From a virus (Duplodnaviria > Caudoviricetes), in IMG/VR virus record IMGVR_UViG_3300027687_000008, positions 1-61,489 of that record: a DNA stretch of 61,489 nt. One strand, given 5' to 3'. The position numbers and the translations under genes are program-made. Shown here piece by piece: positions 58,611-61,489 of the stretch. The stretch's first letter is position 1. Each line of letters starts with the position of its first letter. Below the pieces are notes generated by a model. The model worked only from the letters and a program-made list of their open reading frames with translations. It did not search any database and was not told the DNA's origin.

Positions 58611-60191
58611 ATGAGTACTTCACTAGATGGCGTCTTAATCAAAAAGGCGAATAAAACAGAAACATATACAGATGCACAAATTGAGGATCTTGCTAAATGC
58701 ATGGATCCAATTACAGGGTATCTATATTTTGCAAAGAAATTTGCATTTATTCAGCATCCTGTTCAAGGTAAATTGTTATTTGATCCATTTTCTTACCAAG
58801 TAAGATTATTGAAAAGTTATCACGATCATAGATTTAACGTAAACATGTTGCCTAGACAAACAGGTAAAACTACTACTGCCGCAATATACCTAGCATGGTA
58901 TGCAATGTTTTTTGCAGATCAAACTGTACTAATTGCCGCACACAAATACACAGGCGCACAAGAAATTATGCAACGTATACGTTATGTGTATGAAAGTTGT
59001 CCTGATCATATTAGAGCAGGTGTTACAAACTACAATAAAGGCTCAATGGAATTTGAAAACGGTTCGCGTATTGTTAGTGCAACTACAACAGGTAACACAG
59101 GACGTGGTATGAGTATCTCGTTACTATACTGTGATGAGTTTGCATTTGTTAATCCTAATATTGCAGAAGAGTTTTGGACTTCAATATCTCCTACACTAGC
59201 AACAGGTGGTCGTGCTATTATTACATCAACACCTAACTCGGACGAAGATACGTTTGCTGTTATTTGGAAACAATCACAAGACAAATACGATACACATGGT
59301 AATGAGCAAGAAGTAGGTGTAAACGGATTTCACGGATTTACATGTACTTGGGATGAACATCCTGACAGAGATGAAGCATGGAAAGTTGCTGAGATTGGAC
59401 GTATTGGCGAAGAAAAGTTTAGACGTGAGTATGGTTGTGAGTTTTTAGTATACGACGAAACACTTATTAATAGTATTCATTTATCAACTATGGAAGCACA
59501 AAATCCCTTAATGAATATGGGCCAAACACGTTGGTACGGAACTCCTACAGGCGATCAAAACTATGCTGTTGCACTAGACCCTGCAATGGGTACAGGTGGT
59601 GACTATGCCGCAATACAAGTTTATGAATTACCAAGTTATAAACAGATTGCAGAATGGAGACATAATGAAACTCCTATACCTGCCCAAATTAGAATACTGA
59701 GAGATATTTGTACACACATACTAGACTGTTGCAAAACAACAGGTAGTAACATTTATTGGAGTGTTGAGAATAACTCAATTGGTGAAGCCGCACTTATTGT
59801 TATTAACGATTTTGGTGAAGAAAATATACCCGGGCTATTTGTAAGTGAACCTATGCGTAAAGGACATGTACGCAAGTTCCGCAAAGGGTTTAATACTACA
59901 CATGGTACTAAGATTACAGCATGTAGTCGTTTGAAAACTATGATTGAAAATAAGAAGATAACTATTAATAGTGGCCCATTAATTACAGAACTAAAAAATT
60001 ATGTTGCTACAGGCACTAGTTTTAGAGCAAAGCCAGGAGCCAATGATGACTTAGTTAGTGCTACACTATTAGCACTAAGAATGATGGCAGTTTTAAAAGA
60101 CTGGGATCCACGTATATATAATACCTTTACACAAGCTGAAGGAGAGGAGCAATACGAACCGCCGATGCCAATATTTGTTAGCGGTTATTGA
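58611..60191 (+). CDS. gp17: Terminase large subunit
   Basis: PRQTGKTT (Walker A), LLYCDEFAF (Walker B), TSTPN, FRREYGCEF, ALDPAMGTGGDY, DDLVSA nuclease motifs. Confidence 0.95.
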   Translation: MSTSLDGVLIKKANKTETYTDAQIEDLAKCMDPITGYLYFAKKFAFIQHPVQGKLLFDPFSYQVRLLKSYHDHRFNVNMLPRQTGKTTTAAIYLAWYAMFFADQTVLIAAHKYTGAQEIMQRIRYVYESCPDHIRAGVTNYNKGSMEFENGSRIVSATTTGNTGRGMSISLLYCDEFAFVNPNIAEEFWTSISPTLATGGRAIITSTPNSDEDTFAVIWKQSQDKYDTHGNEQEVGVNGFHGFTCTWDEHPDRDEAWKVAEIGRIGEEKFRREYGCEFLVYDETLINSIHLSTMEAQNPLMNMGQTRWYGTPTGDQNYAVALDPAMGTGGDYAAIQVYELPSYKQIAEWRHNETPIPAQIRILRDICTHILDCCKTTGSNIYWSVENNSIGEAALIVINDFGEENIPGLFVSEPMRKGHVRKFRKGFNTTHGTKITACSRLKTMIENKKITINSGPLITELKNYVATGTSFRAKPGANDDLVSATLLALRMMAVLKDWDPRIYNTFTQAEGEEQYEPPMPIFVSGY

Positions 60192-60202
60192 TAAATATTA
60201 AT

Positions 60203-61489
60203 ATGAAAAACCTTGAGACTATAGCAGACGAATTATTTCACAAAATACGTGGACGTTTTCCGAAAATTACAGTAGGGAACGAAGCCGCCGAAGTGGTTAA
60301 TAAACCAAAAGAAGCTAGATTCTTTGAATTTGACTTTGCAAACGGCAAAAAAGTTAGTGTAAGTATTGACCAAAAAGCACTTACAGTAATGTACGGTCAG
60401 AATTTATTTTCAGAAGACGAACATGTACTTAAAAGTAAATGGTTTGACTTTTTAAAAGAATTAAGAGTATTTGCAAAAAAGAGAATGTTGAATTTTGATA
60501 CAAGAGATATAACAAAAACTAACTTAGACAAAAGAGATTATGAGTATCTAAGCACGGAGAAACAAATGAGCGAATCAAAAATGTATGGAACTAGTAGAAC
60601 TAGTTACCAAGATGTAGGAACAGCAAGACTTGTTGTAAAACATGCTGGTCCAGTTAACCACGAAAATGCCGCAGGACGCACACAAAATGTACACAGCATT
60701 TATATTGAAAGTGATGCCGGTGAAAGATTTAAATATCCATTCAGACACTTAAACGGTGCCAGAGCAATGGCTATGCACGTAAGTGAAGGTGGAAACGCAT
60801 ATGATGATTTTGGTAAACATATTACTGGATTATCAGAAGAATTAAACAAACTCCGTAAATTTAAGACATACATGAATCGCTCAAGTGTAATGGCTGAAGG
60901 TTTATCAGGGTATATGGACGTTGTAAATGAAAGACTTGTGGCTGTTAAAAAGACAGTTGAGTCACTACAACGTAAAGCGTATTATACAGAAACATTTACT
61001 AACTTCGAAACAACCGTGCTAGAAGAAGTTCCAGAAGATGTCTCAAATACTTGGATTGATGAACTTACTATTAGACAGTTTAACGAAGAATTAAAAGGCG
61101 TATTTCCATACGTATACAACTTAGTAAAAGAAGCAAACAAAATTGAAGAAGTAGATTTATCTTCATTATCATTAGATGACTATCTAAAAAGATTTGAAGT
61201 AGGTGACACAGTACTTCCAAAAGAAGAAAGCCCAGGACAAGCACCAGGTAAAGTTGTTAAAGTCCAAGACGACAAGTGTATGGTTAAGTTTGCAGACGGT
61301 TCAACAGAAGTATTTACACATGATGAACTAGAAGCTACTGATGCTAAAAACTTACCCGACGTTGATGAAGGTATGGGCGGAGAATATCACTGTAAAGATT
61401 GCGGAGATACACCACATAATCCAACTACAAATTGTTCACATGATGTACACGACGAAAATGGCGATCATTGGGTTGACAATAATGGCAAC
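60203..61489 (+). CDS. Phage hypothetical protein, 3'-truncated; missing from the ORF track
   Basis: ATG 60203 reads MKNLETIADELFHKIRGRF...WFDFLKELRVFAKKRMLNFD...GERFKYPFRHLNGARAMAMHVSEGG and appears open to the window end; promoter GATAAATA 60190-60197. Confidence 0.75.
   Translation, partial: MKNLETIADELFHKIRGRFPKITVGNEAAEVVNKPKEARFFEFDFANGKKVSVSIDQKALTVMYGQNLFSEDEHVLKSKWFDFLKELRVFAKKRMLNFDTRDITKTNLDKRDYEYLSTEKQMSESKMYGTSRTSYQDVGTARLVVKHAGPVNHENAAGRTQNVHSIYIESDAGERFKYPFRHLNGARAMAMHVSEGGNAYDDFGKHITGLSEELNKLRKFKTYMNRSSVMAEGLSGYMDVVNERLVAVKKTVESLQRKAYYTETFTNFETTVLEEVPEDVSNTWIDELTIRQFNEELKGVFPYVYNLVKEANKIEEVDLSSLSLDDYLKRFEVGDTVLPKEESPGQAPGKVVKVQDDKCMVKFADGSTEVFTHDELEATDAKNLPDVDEGMGGEYHCKDCGDTPHNPTTNCSHDVHDENGDHWVDNNGN

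Noticed and set aside
58611-60191. Intein or intron in terminase
   Set aside because: 526 aa continuous ORF of normal size with no splice motifs
1-61489. CRISPR array, tRNA or rRNA genes, integrase or transposase
   Set aside because: No spaced nucleotide direct repeats or cloverleaf-sized intergenic elements seen; the TnsA-like gene is the T4 gp4 homologue
1-61489. Stop-codon reassignment
   Set aside because: Standard code gives near-complete coding density with full-length conserved genes

Overview
AT-rich (roughly 35-38% GC by eye) segment of a large T4-like myovirus genome, probably from an uncultivated aquatic jumbo-phage lineage. 1-21.8 kb: giant paralogous tail-fibre/baseplate proteins (beta-helix, LamG, Trp-rich carbohydrate-binding repeats, Asp-box propeller), ending in three tandem ~279-aa Cys/Gly-rich paralogues and a fibre-assembly chaperone. 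21.9-30.9 kb and 39.5-45.3 kb: two blocks of tailoring enzymes embedded among virion genes: a GT9 heptosyltransferase-like protein, five 2OG-Fe(II) oxygenases, a NodU/CmcH carbamoyltransferase, three flavin-dependent halogenases, an SGNH-like protein, GmhB, HldE, HldD, a cupin and a Nudix hydrolase. 45.3-61.5 kb: T4-like morphogenesis core (gp15, gp14, gp13, dNMP kinase, gp18, gp19, gp4, probable gp16, gp17) in non-T4 order. T4-type late promoters (nnTAAATA) precede most operons, several apparently giving leaderless mRNAs; two perfect sigma70 promoters, three intrinsic terminators and a structured GC-rich leader are visible. The best candidate for a new system is a phage-encoded virion-protein tailoring pathway (ADP-heptose synthesis plus heptosylation, halogenation, hydroxylation, carbamoylation) next to the Cys-rich fibre-tip trio. 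All assignments come from motif recognition by eye; no searches were run.
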